64,000 nucleotides of DNA from Lepidodermella squamata (Eukaryota > Animalia > Gastrotricha), in the NCBI GenBank assembly GCA_047495785.1, contig JBLDXI010000001.1, positions 372,001 through 436,000 of the forward strand. Reading direction: 5' to 3'. The notes below the pieces were generated by a model. It did no database searches. It was not told the origin of the DNA and worked only from the letters and a program-made list of their open reading frames with translations. The position numbers and the translations under genes were made by a program. This document shows positions 44,317 through 57,475 of the stretch, in pieces. The first letter of the stretch is position 1, and the number at the start of each line of letters is the position of its first letter.

Positions 44317-46316
44317 TACACCCATCCACCCAGTCCCATTGTTAATTTCGAAAATAGACGACACATGGACGCCAATGTTACCTACCCATAAATTCACAGC
44401 AATTTTTCTATAAAATCCGACAAGCAGTAGTGTATTTAGCATCCGATGTTGTTTGATTAAGCTAGATAACCGTCTTGTTTTTTCTCTCGCTACTTCATTT
44501 GGCTGGTTCGCTTTTATTCAAGATTCTCGGTGTTGATGAATTTACATCATGATAGGCAAGAATGGACTGATTGGAGATTCGTTTTCTGATGTTACGATAA
44601 TAATATGCATTTTCATTCTATGAGTAAGCGAACGCATCACCTTCCGTCTTGAAACCAGTATTTAGCTGCTACTTCTTGTGTTAACTCTGATATTCTCGTG
44701 AAAATTACCTGTAATACTTGTTTGTTTTTCTTCTACTACTACTATGTATACGTCGTAACATCTGGGCACGCTGCTTTTCGAGGTGAATTCGTTGTAATAC
44801 CTGCCTCATCAATAGAAGCCTATTCAAAGTTGCTCTCCTCCGATTTGCGCATTAGCTTGATTGCTGCCAGCATGTTTATTTGTTTTTTTTTGGGAGTTTT
44901 AGCTTGTTTTTCGCAGACATGTGCGAAGGACACACTTCTAGCTCTTTCTCGGCGCCGTAAAAAAATGTTAGTGTCAACCCTGTTTTCTAAGTCTCATCTC
45001 TCTCTCTCTCTCTCAAATCGAAATTGCACAAAATCACCTGAACGAGAAATAATACCGATTATAAATGCGAACCTATAACTGCCTCATCAGCATTTTCTGG
45101 CTCATATTGAACAAAGTAAATTGAGAATATATGTAGGGACTCTGCTTTTTAGGTTCAAATTTTGTAATGCTGCCCGCTTCAACCCAGCTTATATTACGTT
45201 TGTTTGATGTGTTCGTGATCATCTCTTCGTTGTCTACTTTATTTTTTTCGATTTTGATTTCTCGCACCCTTTCGAGGTACCCAATCGCACATTTTTCTTC
45301 GTTTTTTTCAATGGTTTCAAGTTTTCATCGGCATTTTTGAAAATTGAAGGATGTGGTTGACTGAAGTGACTGGGCGATGCGAGTTGGGTTTTACGTGGAA
45401 GGCGTGCCTGAGTTTGTGTTTGGTAGCTGGAAGATGTGTTATTATTTGGTCGTTGGCGAGCGTGCCTGGAGCGTTGAGTTCGATGGCCCTTCGTACCGCA
45501 TACATATTTTCAATTCTTTTTTGTGCATTACATGAAAAATTTTCTGACGAGATGATCTATCTATAAATAAAATCTATAAAATTATTATATTAAAGCAGCG
45601 AGTCTTTTCATCTTTGCTCGCGCTATTCGTAAACTTTGTTGCCTGCCTGCCTACATGAGAAAAATTATGAGACGTATATGTAATATGTTATATTGTTTAT
45701 AAGCAGAGTTGAATAAACTTGAAAAACTATTTCTTTATCGTCAGCGGCGTCGGAAAATTGTAAAAAAAAATGAATCGTGTATAACTATTGTATGATGACC
45801 CACATTTTGCAGGATGAAGGCGGTTTCTATAAGTTCAAACACGCGCAATGAGAGATATATATATTTAGCGAAAATGAAATTTCGTGTATATTTCGATGAT
45901 TCAAGAAGATGCATTCATTTGTTGATACAAAAATGTAAAATTCTTATCTCTAATATTTAATAAATGAAAATAAAAAATAAGTTTGGCCGATAACCGAGTG
46001 TTTTTTCTTTTTTATTGAGTAATTGTAGACGATTCGTGTTCTCCCTTGGAAGTGACTGGTTTCAGCTGAGACGTTCCAATCGGAAGTGATATTTCAAGCC
46101 TATTAGTGGAAAAAACAACTCCCTCAGCCCCACTCCGACGGAAAAATTCATCACTTCGTAAATTATTAGGGCCGATAATGCGCACACAAGTGTCGGCGTC
46201 AATGAAAATAGAGTTATACGCTATTACGAAGTGAAAGAAAATCGACAATTTTCATGTTACTTTGCACTATGCTCTTGTAGTGCCGCTTGATGAAGGGGAG
46301 GAAAATTTCAGCCGCA

Positions 46317-46330
46317 GTTGGTATAGCAAC
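46317..46330. promoter_or_regulatory. Candidate RFX X-box (GTTGGT-AT-AGCAAC)
   Basis: One mismatch from the perfect palindrome GTTGCTATAGCAAC; about 590 bp upstream of the first coding exon of the calmodulin-like gene. Confidence 0.4.
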
Positions 46331-46921
46331 CATCGCGCCATGTTCTCGATTTGTCCCCGCTCGTCGCATACGACGATATGCGATATCGACGACGATTTTA
46401 TTCAGATTGCCGCCATTTCACATACATTATTTTTCTGCGGCAAACATTCCTTGAGGCCGGCAACTTTTTACTACTGCGATAATCGAAATAATGGATATGC
46501 AACGTATTTATTATAGTAAGAGCAATAATATGCGGTCGGGTGGCTATACAGTACTATGCGCAGTAATATTGAAATTTTCGCCCATGTAGCTGAGATGGCC
46601 AATCGGACTCGGAATCGTTGTAGTTCATGGCGCAACTCACGCGCTCTATCAATGACTTATTACTTCTCGTCAAATTTAATGAAACACTCTGATTTTCCTC
46701 ACTGTCTCAATCACAGCTATATGTCTCAGATCGCTCACCGCCCGCCGTCATTGAAATTCATGTTGCGTGGGGCTGCATATCATTATTTTTACACATCTCC
46801 AAATAACATGTTTGCCTTCTTTCTTTCTTATTGAGCTTTAAAAACCTTGCTGGTCTATCAAATTTAGAAAATTGAACAATAAGCTGATTGATTCGATATA
46901 TAAGAAGCCGGTGTGAGCAGC

Positions 46922-49804
46922 ATGACGAACGATTCGGCAGCAGCAAAGAAGGCGAAGGAGGTGGAAATGAAGCGAAGACGAGCTCAGTCATGGGTATGTT
47001 CTACTTGGCACTAGCTGCATCTTCATTTGTGTAGATTAAAATAATCCAAAATTGCAATTTTTCGGCTGGTTTTAATCTCACTCTTAATCTAAATGCTGCC
47101 GTGATTTACGTCTGCGAGACTAATAATGGTCTGAGTTCCACAATTTTTTTAAAACTATTTTCTATCCTATCCAAATTTCGAGAACACCATGCCTAATATT
47201 GCAGAAAGAATACGCTATCGTCCTAATAGAAGCAGGACAGTTGATGTGAGATCACCAGACACATTCAAGCAATCAAGTCTTGATGGCATGGCTGAAAAGA
47301 AGTACGTAAGGCCGATCAAGTCTTGCAGCGATCTCCTCGATGAGCAATCGCGCGAAGATAGCAAAATGAGCATTGCTTCTTTAGAACTTACGAAATTCAA
47401 GAGCAGGAGTGGCGATGTGATAATCAGTATGTATCGGAACGCTAGGGATAGCGGCTGGGCCCCGTTAAGTCGAGCCAAGTCTTTCTTTAAGACAATTCTC
47501 ACCACGAGTAGCCTAATGTGGCGCGATCGCCAGAAGTGCCGTTTTAATCAATGTGTAAGGTGTCCCGTGCCATCGATTCGCGCTAAGGCTTCGGCTTTCG
47601 GCTTTCTTTCCTATTGGTTATATTTATTTGTCGCTACGAATTAGGTAAACGTACTTGCGTTTCAGGTATTCTATTATCTATCTATAATACTAACTCAAGG
47701 AGCTTCCTTAGGAGCACACTTTGAAAAGCTATGAGATTAATTTGAGGCGGCAGCATCGTATAACTCGTGCATGCTTTCACATAAATGAATTGTTGATATT
47801 GAGTGATTCTACAGTTCTATTTGCCCGGATATTAAACTGCACATAATTCGCAGATTTTTCACCGTTTTCTAACAATTTTCCTCACATTCATCAGAACTTC
47901 GCTGAGTCCTCTCAATTTCGATACAGTTCATGTTTTTACTCTTGTGCAAAAATTACTGACCTCGACTGAAATCTTCTGAGAGTAAAATTTGACGAAATGT
48001 ATTAAGGGAAACTTCATTCCCAACTGGACTTGTATTGATTTTTGTTTTACCAAATATCGGCTAAAAACAAATTAGAATAATCATGAGGGCTCTAGTGTGC
48101 CATTAGTATTTGCTAGCACCTGTAAGCGCCGCTCACGTGTTTTCATCAGTAATCTTCGTGATTGATGGCAGTTTAAATAATGGGTTCTAAATGGCTGAAA
48201 GCAGAAGAAACTCACATATTTGCTATCTACTGGCTATGCATGAACGATCTTTTTACCTCACTTTTCTTCAGCTCAATAATGCGCTTATTATAAACACATG
48301 CTACGAACTACTTATAATATTCTAAATTTCCATAATTTTTTCTTTGATTTCAGATATCGCAACTGACGAAGGAGCAGATGTCAGGTGAGCTTATCATATT
48401 TTTATCGATTCAATTATAGCAGGGCACAAAAATTCAGGGGATGCACTTAATTTCTTTTCAATTCCTAAATGAATTAGTTACTTCCCTCTTGAAATTGACT
48501 TGCCCATCTGGATGGTCCAGTTTGTTAATATTTTAAGATCAATATGAAGCAACTTGTAAAAAATTATTAACCGAGCAGAAAATGATTCGAAGTTCTCTGA
48601 TCCCCATATTAACTTGAAATAAGGATTAAGCCTACTCAATGGTTGATAGGTATATAATATCTAATGTTTTTTCTTCAATAGATATCGAAGAATCATTTCG
48701 CTATTTTGACAAGGACGGCAGCGGATCGATAGATACATCAGAGCTTGAGGCTGCTATGAAATCGCTTGGAGTGGCACCTAACGAAGCCGAATTAACGCGC
48801 ATGATAGAGGAAGTCGACATTGATGGTAAAGTTTCAAGTTTTCTTCCGCTTTGAACGTAGCTGCACGATATCACAGTGTTGAAATCTCGCCCTTGCTATA
48901 TAATCTTAGCGCTCTGTATCTGAAAATTTCACGCCCCATTGCGTTAAAAACTGATTTGGGCATCGATTTTAGCCTTAATTAAAAGATTACATTTTCGACC
49001 AATTCATAATCGAACTAAAAGCTTCGTTAAAACTGCGATTATTTAGCGCTCACACATTCCCCACGCTAAAACCGTAATAATAATTTGTTTTTTAGCGAAT
49101 AAGTCCGAGCTTTAGGTACACACCAGAATTGTAAATGATAATGCATTTCCTATTTGTTTATCATAGGCGACGGCAATATTGATTTTGACGAGTTTCTTGG
49201 AATGGTAGGTTCATGTTCCATCGTAAAATATACCCGTATACATTATTACCTGTTTTCGTGATTTTCAGATGGCGAAAAAGATGGTCAAAGACGGGGAAGA
49301 TCCCGACGAAGCAAACGCGCCTATATTCGCGCCGCGTGCCCGGTCTGTGCAATCAGTTTTCGAAAGAGCTTTCAAAGTATTCGACGCGGATGGCGATGGC
49401 TTTATCACAGCCGACGACCTCAATAAACTCATGGGGACGATAGGCGAGTATTGGACTGAGGATGAAATCGCAGGTATAAAATAATATTCATTGAAGTGGT
49501 TCCATTCAAATTAATTCTTTCACGTAGATATGATCAAAGTTGCTGATACTGATGGAGATGGGAAAGTTAATTATGACGGTAAGCGATTTCCGTTTGAGCT
49601 AGACGCATGTTTACAAACACCCCTATTTTAGAATTTCTGCGAATGGTCGAGTCTTCAAACACCTCGCCGAATCCTGCTAATACCGCGGCTCCAGTCAGCA
49701 CTATCAAAAAATCGGACAGCGGTGGTTACTCTGATGATGACAACATGAACGAAGGAGAAGAAGAGCAGGCTGATGATAACGAAGAATACGACGACTATAG
49801 ATAA
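46922..49804 (+). CDS. Calmodulin-derived four-EF-hand protein with alternative N-terminal exons
   Basis: Exon 1a 46922-46993 or 1b 47189-47554 (both phase 0), then 48354-48384, 48682-48825, 49167-49204, 49269-49473, 49528-49578, 49632-49804. EF loops DKDGSGSIDTSE, DIDGDGNIDFDE, DADGDGFITADD, DTDGDGKVNYDE. Confidence 0.85.
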
Positions 49805-50647
49805 CTTTTTACTTATATCATCGACGTTTAGTCATTTTATTTTACTTTGCTTCATCGTTATTCGGCTGCTATAGTGATATGAAGACATCGATTTCTGATT
49901 TTTCTGCCAGCAAAATGCTATTAAAAACAAGTATTATGATACAAAACGTTGAAATAAAAGAGCATTTTTCGTATTTACTTATTCAACAGAGCACCTCGTT
50001 TCATGTTTCATCCTATATTACATAGAAGTTTCCAACTTTTCGCGCGCATAAAAATTTGTTAAAGGCGTAAAAAAGGAACGAAGCCGAGGCGGAAAAGCCA
50101 GCAACATTGCTAGCGAATCTTCTTCCGGCGTATGTCTTTAGGTTCTTCCGAGGTTTCACACTTCCGAGTTATCCAGTGTGAAACTCGCAGACATCTCTCT
50201 CGCACAGTCAGTCATGAACTAAAATAGGTTTCCAGCGGCAAAAGCAATAACATCACTTCGTAAAAATGATTGCATTCAGATCAGCAAAATAACAAAGAAA
50301 TTATCAGCATTTTTGAAGCAAAAAATCAAGGGACTTGGATAATATTGTAGAACGTCAACTAAAGCGATAATAAGTATGTAGGCTAAAACATTTTACAAGG
50401 AATTATCAGCAGCAAATTTTGAAGTCGCCACTAAAGCTTGGTAAATTCTCGTGATTTCTTCATCGCTTTGATAATATGTGTCAGGAAAGACAAGTGATAA
50501 TATAAGCTTCGACGCATTTCGGCAGTCCTCAGGGAAGAAATTAAACGTGGGTTCGGAAGAAAAGAAAGGAAGACTTCTCATAAAAATAATCATTGCGATT
50601 GCAGATAGATTTTCAAGGTACATAAAAATGCGTGTTTACAAAAAAAA

Positions 50648-53600
50648 TCACCAGACCTCGCACTTGTCGTGCGCATTCATTTTAGATCCTCGTTGGCATT
50701 TGAACGCCCGCGCGAAATCATGGCTGTTCATCGCCGTGCCGAGAACGCGGAACTGCGACGGCGTGTGTGCATTACTCAGAATCTGATGCCGCAACGACTC
50801 GGGCGTGTAAACCGCGCACCAGATTTGCGCGAAATTGACGAAAAACAACTGATCTTCGGTGAGGTCGATGCCGGGCAGCCGCTGCTCTTTCAACCCATTC
50901 TGCCGCTTCTTTTCCTGCAGGGTTTTGTACGCTTGAAAAGCGACCTTTATGCCGCCGTTATCGGCGATATTCTCGCCCACCGTTTGATTGCCGCGAATGT
51001 AGAGGCCCTGCGACGAAAACCGCGAGTACTGGCTCGCTATGCACTTCGTGCGGGTGCGAAACTGCGCATCGGTGACGTTGTCCCACCAACTGTACAGCTC
51101 GCCGCTTTTGAAAAACAACCGGCCAGTATCGTCGAAGGCGTGCACAATTTCGTGTCCGATGACCATGCCGATACCGCCAAAGTTGAGCCCATTCGGAACG
51201 GCGTCGGAGAAAAACGGCGGCTGCAGGATGCCGGCTGGGAACACGATTTTGTTCTGCGACGCCGTGTAGTACGCGTTCACCTGCATCGGCACCATCGACC
51301 AACGCGCCGGGTCAGGAGCTTCGCGCAACCGCTTGAACATCCGTCCCAAAGCGTATCTAATGAAAACAATTTAATTTCTATTGCTGACAACACTAATTTA
51401 ATACCTGAAATAGTTGACATGATTCTGTAGATTATCGTCAGTAACGATGAAACCCTCGTAATAAGAGTTGAGTGAAGTTTCGTTAGCGCACCATTCCGGA
51501 TAGCCAATGTTGTACCGCATGCCGTCGGCCTTCTCCAGGGCCTTCGCTTTCGTCTCATCGTCCATCCAATCAAGTTCGGCGATGCGGCGCTTGAATGCCA
51601 GCCGAATTTCGCCGATCATTTCTTCGCTCTTGTCACGCGCCACCACGCTGAAGTGTTCTTTGATGTAAACCGAACCGATTGCGAAGCCCAGCATGTCAGA
51701 CGTATCCATAACGCAGGTTTCCCATAACTCAGATTGTCCCTTCTTTCCTGAAATCAAGCAAAAAATTTAGTAAAAAAATGCATGCGAATTTAAGGTTATA
51801 CCTGTCACAACACTCTGGAATGAGTCATAAAGCTCGCGGAACTCAACACTAAGTTGCGGAACGAATTTAAGAATGGTCCGGTAGAGGATATAGTTGTGCA
51901 TAATCTTCTGGCCACTCTTGGTCGAATTCATAGCCGTTAACAAGCCGTGAAGCCGTGTGAAAAACGCACGGCCGTAGACAATAATTTCATCGCTCGGCAT
52001 CGAATCAATGCCGAACCGCTGCATAACGTCCGTAAAGAACTGCTGCCAGTCGATCGATGGGCACAATCTCTGTAATTCGGCCATTGGCACCAAACTGTAC
52101 ATTTTGTCCCACTGGCGGCGTTCTGCAGACGACGCCAGAATCCTAGCGATTTCTTGCTCGAATCTGACTATGTCTTTAACAGATTCCAATTCAACCACGT
52201 CATTTTCTGCAAATTCTGGTTTTGCTTTGTTAATTTTCGTCGCGACGCCAGCTAAGAAATTAGCGTATGCGCCTAGTATTGTATCTGTATCGACGGATTT
52301 GTTGAGGTAGTAGTCACGTGACGGCAGACCAATGCCGCCCTGGTCGAGAGAGATTAAATTTCGAGACGAATTCTTGTCATCCTGCCCGACGCTGAACGAG
52401 AAAAACCCAGACGTCGAGTATTGATTTCGAACCATCAACTGCTTCGTCAGGCTCCAATCGTCGGGAACTGAGCTATTCGCGGATAACAAAAATCCGCCGA
52501 ATCTCCCAACGATTTCAGCGATCGCAGCGCCTCCTCGTGAGTTAATGCCTGTCATATTCATACAGGCATCGTAAAATCGTTTCGCTTTTCGCTGGGCCTC
52601 GTTATTCCACGAATTGGGCCGTTCGAGAATGCTTCGCATGATTTTGGCATTTCTGTCTGTTAGAATAGTGAATTGCGTGGCTCGAGACTTGCCAGGCGGT
52701 ATTGATTCGACCTGATCGAACCGCCCACACGAGTACTCAAAAAAATCATCGCAAGGATCCGCCGACGTGTTCATGTACCGTAACATCGAAGACGCGTGCG
52801 AAAGACATTCCAAAGAAGTACAAACTTGGGCATCTAAAAAACAGAAAATTTCGTAAAAGAAAAGCGCGAGCTTGAACATACCTGACGAATTTCTTCGGTA
52901 TTCAGCTGATAAAAGTAACGTGAGAATAACAACGACAATGACCAGTAAAATTGCCACTGAGCTAACGACAGCTACTGCGAGGCGGAGTCGACGGGCTGGA
53001 GATGAAAATAGAAAATAGAGGATGAGTGGGAGTTTCATTAAACGCTAAAACACCTGTCATCTGCTATTAGATGGCGTAAAAAGTAACAAAGCCAACAATC
53101 CTGCTCTCGCCCACCGATATCAATGATTGACGATATTTTTTGTTGTTATGATATCAGTATATTCCAAGGAAAAAAATAATATCGTCTGGAAGACAAAAAA
53201 CGCGTTATCATAGTGCCGAGTCCACAGCAGGTCCAGACTACGCCATTTTTTATCACTAATGGCGTTGATGCGCGGGGAGATAATCGGTTTTTTTTTATTA
53301 TTACAAACGAGCACATTATTACGTGTATGTTGCGGGTGAGCTAATAATAGGCAGCGCATTTTTTCGCGTTCAGGTATAAATGCGCACCATCAACGCGGGC
53401 GAGTGCGCCGGGCGCGCGTGCTCACACAGCGGTTGCGTTACAAAAAACACACAACAAACCTACAATAATGATTGTAAAGCAACACACTACCCACATGATG
53501 CGCTGTCTGACGTGGGAAGGATATGTCGAAAGTTTGTTGGGCTTTTTTCACCCTGCCAACTACACTACGGCGTAACTAAATCTTTGCAATGTTTGCTTTT

Positions 53601-56523
53601 TTTCGCACCATTGTCGGGCCGAGCTCGAATAACACATCAACGAGTGGGCTTCGCGCGCGCGGTTGGAGCGCAAAAAAACCGGAAAGCAGTGGCGCTGAAC
53701 GATGCGTGTATGATATTACGCTGGTCATAATCGCTATCATCATCATCATCATCGTTTTCACAAAGGTGTGTTGCATCGGCGCGCAGCAGAAGCAGCAGCA
53801 TATGTACTTATAATCGAACTTGAAATGACCCGTGCCTGTTTCACGGCGCCGGGCCAGCAGTCGGCGCTCTTCTTCGCCTCAAAACAAACAGGCGCGCATA
53901 AGTTAGCAGGCTACAACTCTACTGCTATCAAATCAATTGGTAGCGAGAGGTAGATGGGTATTCATCGATCGATGTGTGTTCCGCGATGATGAGCAGTGCA
54001 GCTCAATTTATTAGAAGCCGCTCACTTTGTTTTACAGTAAGAAACATTGCCGATGATAGCGCACTTATACTGTTGGCCTGAACAATAATTATTTCCGGGC
54101 AAAACATGGGTCCGATTTTATTGCCCTGTTTGAAAGGGCGTGATATGATTTACAAGCGTTGCAATTTCGAATGTTGGTCTGTGATTTACTATAATAATGA
54201 TGAGCCTAAGGGCGTTTTTTTTTATTCCCCACTGCGCCCGGGGAGATCCGGCGGATTGTACGGGCGAGCAATAAAAAAATCCGGGCTTCGCGGGCGCGTG
54301 TACATTTTTTTATTCCCCGGCTTTTTCTCCCGGGCCGCGAGTCGGGCATCACGGGCGACGTGAATAAAAAAATCCGGGCTGTGCGGGCGGCCCGAAAACA
54401 TTTTTTTATCAATACAACTTCTACGCGGGCGAGCTGGGAAACACGGGCGAGTAAAAAAACGTCATCGGGCTCGAGTGCTAATAACACTTATTTTCGCGAT
54501 TTCTTACTGCGATTGCTGATTCATGCTTATGTTCACAAACCAAGGGAGAAAATTATTCGCACCATTCCAGTCTAACTTGATGCTTGCTTAATTAGGAAGG
54601 ATAAAATCTACAGCATTATTTAATGAAATGTGAAATGTGACCGAGTACAGTTGATTTCATATGATATTTCTGATCGCAAATTCCCATTCTTCAGCATTTA
54701 AAATATTCTGAAACAGGCCTGGTCAACCTGGTCAAGGTCATTCGCCACGCATAGTTTAATTCCGGTGTCCAACTCGCTTCGGATCTGGATAAATTCGATC
54801 TCATATGATTCTCAATCATTCAACAATGTTCTAAATTTGTCATGAAATTTTGTAAAATTTTGAACGGAGGCTGGAATTTTGAATTCAAAATTACATTAAT
54901 TAACATTAATTAAAGGCTTTTAAATGCAGCATTATTAAAATTTGATAATTAATACGGGTTTAGACTTTTGGTATTCTTCAACCACTGCTATTGTGATTCG
55001 ATACCCGAATCTACGATGAAAATCGATCTAAATTTCACATCTCTCGGTTCGATACCGGAAAGGAAAAATAATTTAAAGCAATTCTAATGCGGGGCCATTT
55101 GAGATAAATTGAGGTGAAATACCCACCCGGGATCGCTTGCCAATCGCTGCGATTTTGCCGTACTTCTTATTGACCATAATTATTTTTAAATTATTTGCAT
55201 TTATTTTATGGTTTCCTGAATTATTATTCAGCAGCAGAAATAAAATCACTTGCACTACTTTATCACTCATATTAAATGTTTTTTGCAATTTTTTGCTGCT
55301 TCGAATCGCGTGCGTGATCATTTTTCCCGCAGCTGCCCGGTCTTGAGAGGCCGGGCGTTATGGGCGATGTGTAGAGTGCGGGCAAGCCGGGCTAATAAAA
55401 AAATGTGTTCGGGCGCCCGTGGATGTACGGGCGGTCTGGGCGGAATAAATGAACGTGTGCGGGCAGTGCGGGCGCGGGCAAGTCGGGTCGAATAAAAAAA
55501 AACACCCTAATCATAAAACGTCTATGAAAACGTTTTCTCTACTGTTGTTTGCGGTAATAGAAGTCCGAGGAATATACCATGGAGGTTCACGCTTAGTGAC
55601 AGTGAAAATAATCGTCGTCTTTGTTTTACGAGGAGGAGTCAAAAGCTGCAATGGCTGCAATGGTATATAATTATTTAATCACATGCATCACCAAAATCGC
55701 ATAATAGACCCGGATATAGGATACACATGATAGGTCGCATTTACGATGAGCGGGAATCTGAGATCTAACGTAAAACGCGATGAGCAATTCAGTCATTAAC
55801 TTTTTTAATTTCTAGCAATTATCATTCATCTGCACGCTGTATCGTTAATGAGTGGCGCGCCAAGCAAAGTGATGTATGTATGCCGCTGAATCTGGAAACC
55901 GGCTGTAAAATGCGGAACGTCATCGCACGCAAACGTGTGCTGGCTTCCAAGTCATAAAATTTGCGTAAACACATTTAAATTACTCGTGCGTTGAAAATAT
56001 TTTATGCCACGCTCGCATTTCACGAAATGGTATAGGATTACAGCATAGGATTACAGTAGGTACAATTTTCGCAAAATTTTATCTTTTCCACACATTTTTA
56101 GGATGGATAATTTTTGCGTGATGTTTTGACCTGGAAGAGTTTAAATAGTAAGAAAAACATACGGAATACTGAGTCGATAATCGGCAGCTTTGTGTTGTTG
56201 TAAACGGTTGAATCACTGTCAACTTTGCTGCAGGCTTTCTCGCAAATCGAACCTCGGCACATGCTGAAATGAGGCACCCGGATGTGCTTTCGAATTAGAA
56301 CATCCGAATGCAGCTGATCATCGCCATCTCGTTGTCCTGTAGCATTATCATCGAAGCGAACCATTAAGGGCGAGTTGGAGAAATTCGACGAGTTCGACTC
56401 GGACGATGATGACGATGACAGCTCCTTGCCATAGTAAGAAATGCGGTTGCTCAAAGCAGGGTTCTGATCCATAGGTACCGCCGGCTTCGAGTTAAATCTA
56501 AAACTTGGCCTTCTGATTGACAT
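50648..56523 (-). CDS. M13 zinc metallopeptidase (endothelin-converting enzyme/neprilysin-like), type II membrane protein
   Basis: Exons 56523-56163 (cytoplasmic; less certain), 52995-52882 (signal anchor), 52833-51802, 51747-51405, 51356-50648. DPCDDFFEYSCG, VNAYY, HEIVH, ENIADNGG and C-terminal CEVW. Confidence 0.9.
54210..55507. mobile_element. Non-autonomous PIF/Harbinger-type (Tourist-like) DNA transposon, ~1.3 kb
   Basis: 18-bp TIRs GGG(C/T)GTTTTTTTTTATTC with 1 mismatch, flanked by TAA duplications (54207-09 and 55508-10); GC-rich subterminal repeats (CGGGC, AATAAAAAAATCCGGGCT); AT-rich core with no transposase ORF. Confidence 0.8.
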
Positions 56524-57475
56524 GGCCTTTGCCAAGTCGCAAAAATGATGACGAGCGGCTTCAATAAATTAAACCGGCTAAATTTCTGAATAAAGAAACA
56601 TCAAAGGATTGCCGGTGTAATTTAAAAGAGCATAATTTTTATGTTTTTGGCATGGTGAACATACTTCTTTGTAATGTTAATATGCCGACGGAAAAAATGA
56701 GCCGATTAACGCTCGCAAAAAAGTCCCACATTATTTCGGCTATTTATGGAGCGGGTGCGAAGAAAAACCAATCCCGTTTAGTGGTAATCCGGCGCCGGTG
56801 CTTCCCAATGATCTTACGTTTATTGTTTCTGCAATTTTAATACGGGTGTAACACATTTTTCGGCCTGCTGTGTTTATGATATTTTCGATATCATTATTTA
56901 GCTGTCGGGCAGTTTTTCAATCCAGAATATAATCTATATATGGCACGTGATAAGTGAGCTATTAATGCACAAGAATATTGCCGTCTCACTCTCATGTATT
57001 AGCATGTGCTCTATTTATTATATTTGCAGCGCGAGTATTTAGTGTCTCTTGCGACTTCAACAGTAGTTCCTGTTTACGGATTCGCGCGGCAGGATGCTTT
57101 TTGCCCACCACAACTGTATCCAATGAAAAAAATACAACAAAAAACAGTGGGTGCGTGTTTCTGCAACAGTGCGATGAACTTGAGGCGGCGAGATGAGCCC
57201 AAACATGCGGGAGCCTGCTGGGTATTTAAGCGTCGCGCCATTTAATGAAATCATGAAGAGAGCAATCCCCAAATGCTCATTTCCATTCAAATCAACCACT
57301 GTAAGTAATACTGTCGCTGTATAAATGTCATGCGATTTCGGATGTCTTAACGCCTCTAGATTTTTTCAAGAATTTTATTATTATTTACAATGCGAAACCG
57401 GAATCAGTAAAAAGCGGGCATTCATAGCAAGAGCGTCTTCGAAATAATGAAAATTGAATCGGACATAATATCTCA

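Noticed and set aside
46012-46370. Possible two-exon small gene on the minus strand
   Set aside because: Needs a 40-nt intron, shorter than the others here; no motif; overlaps the probable promoter of the calmodulin-like gene.
46580-46640. tRNA/SINE-like start (gcccatgtagctgagatgg)
   Set aside because: No GTTCRA B-box and no acceptor-stem complement.
50669-51430. Long antisense ORFs (also 39039-39647, 43800-44375, 17675-18151)
   Set aside because: Shadows of GC-rich coding exons on the opposite strand.
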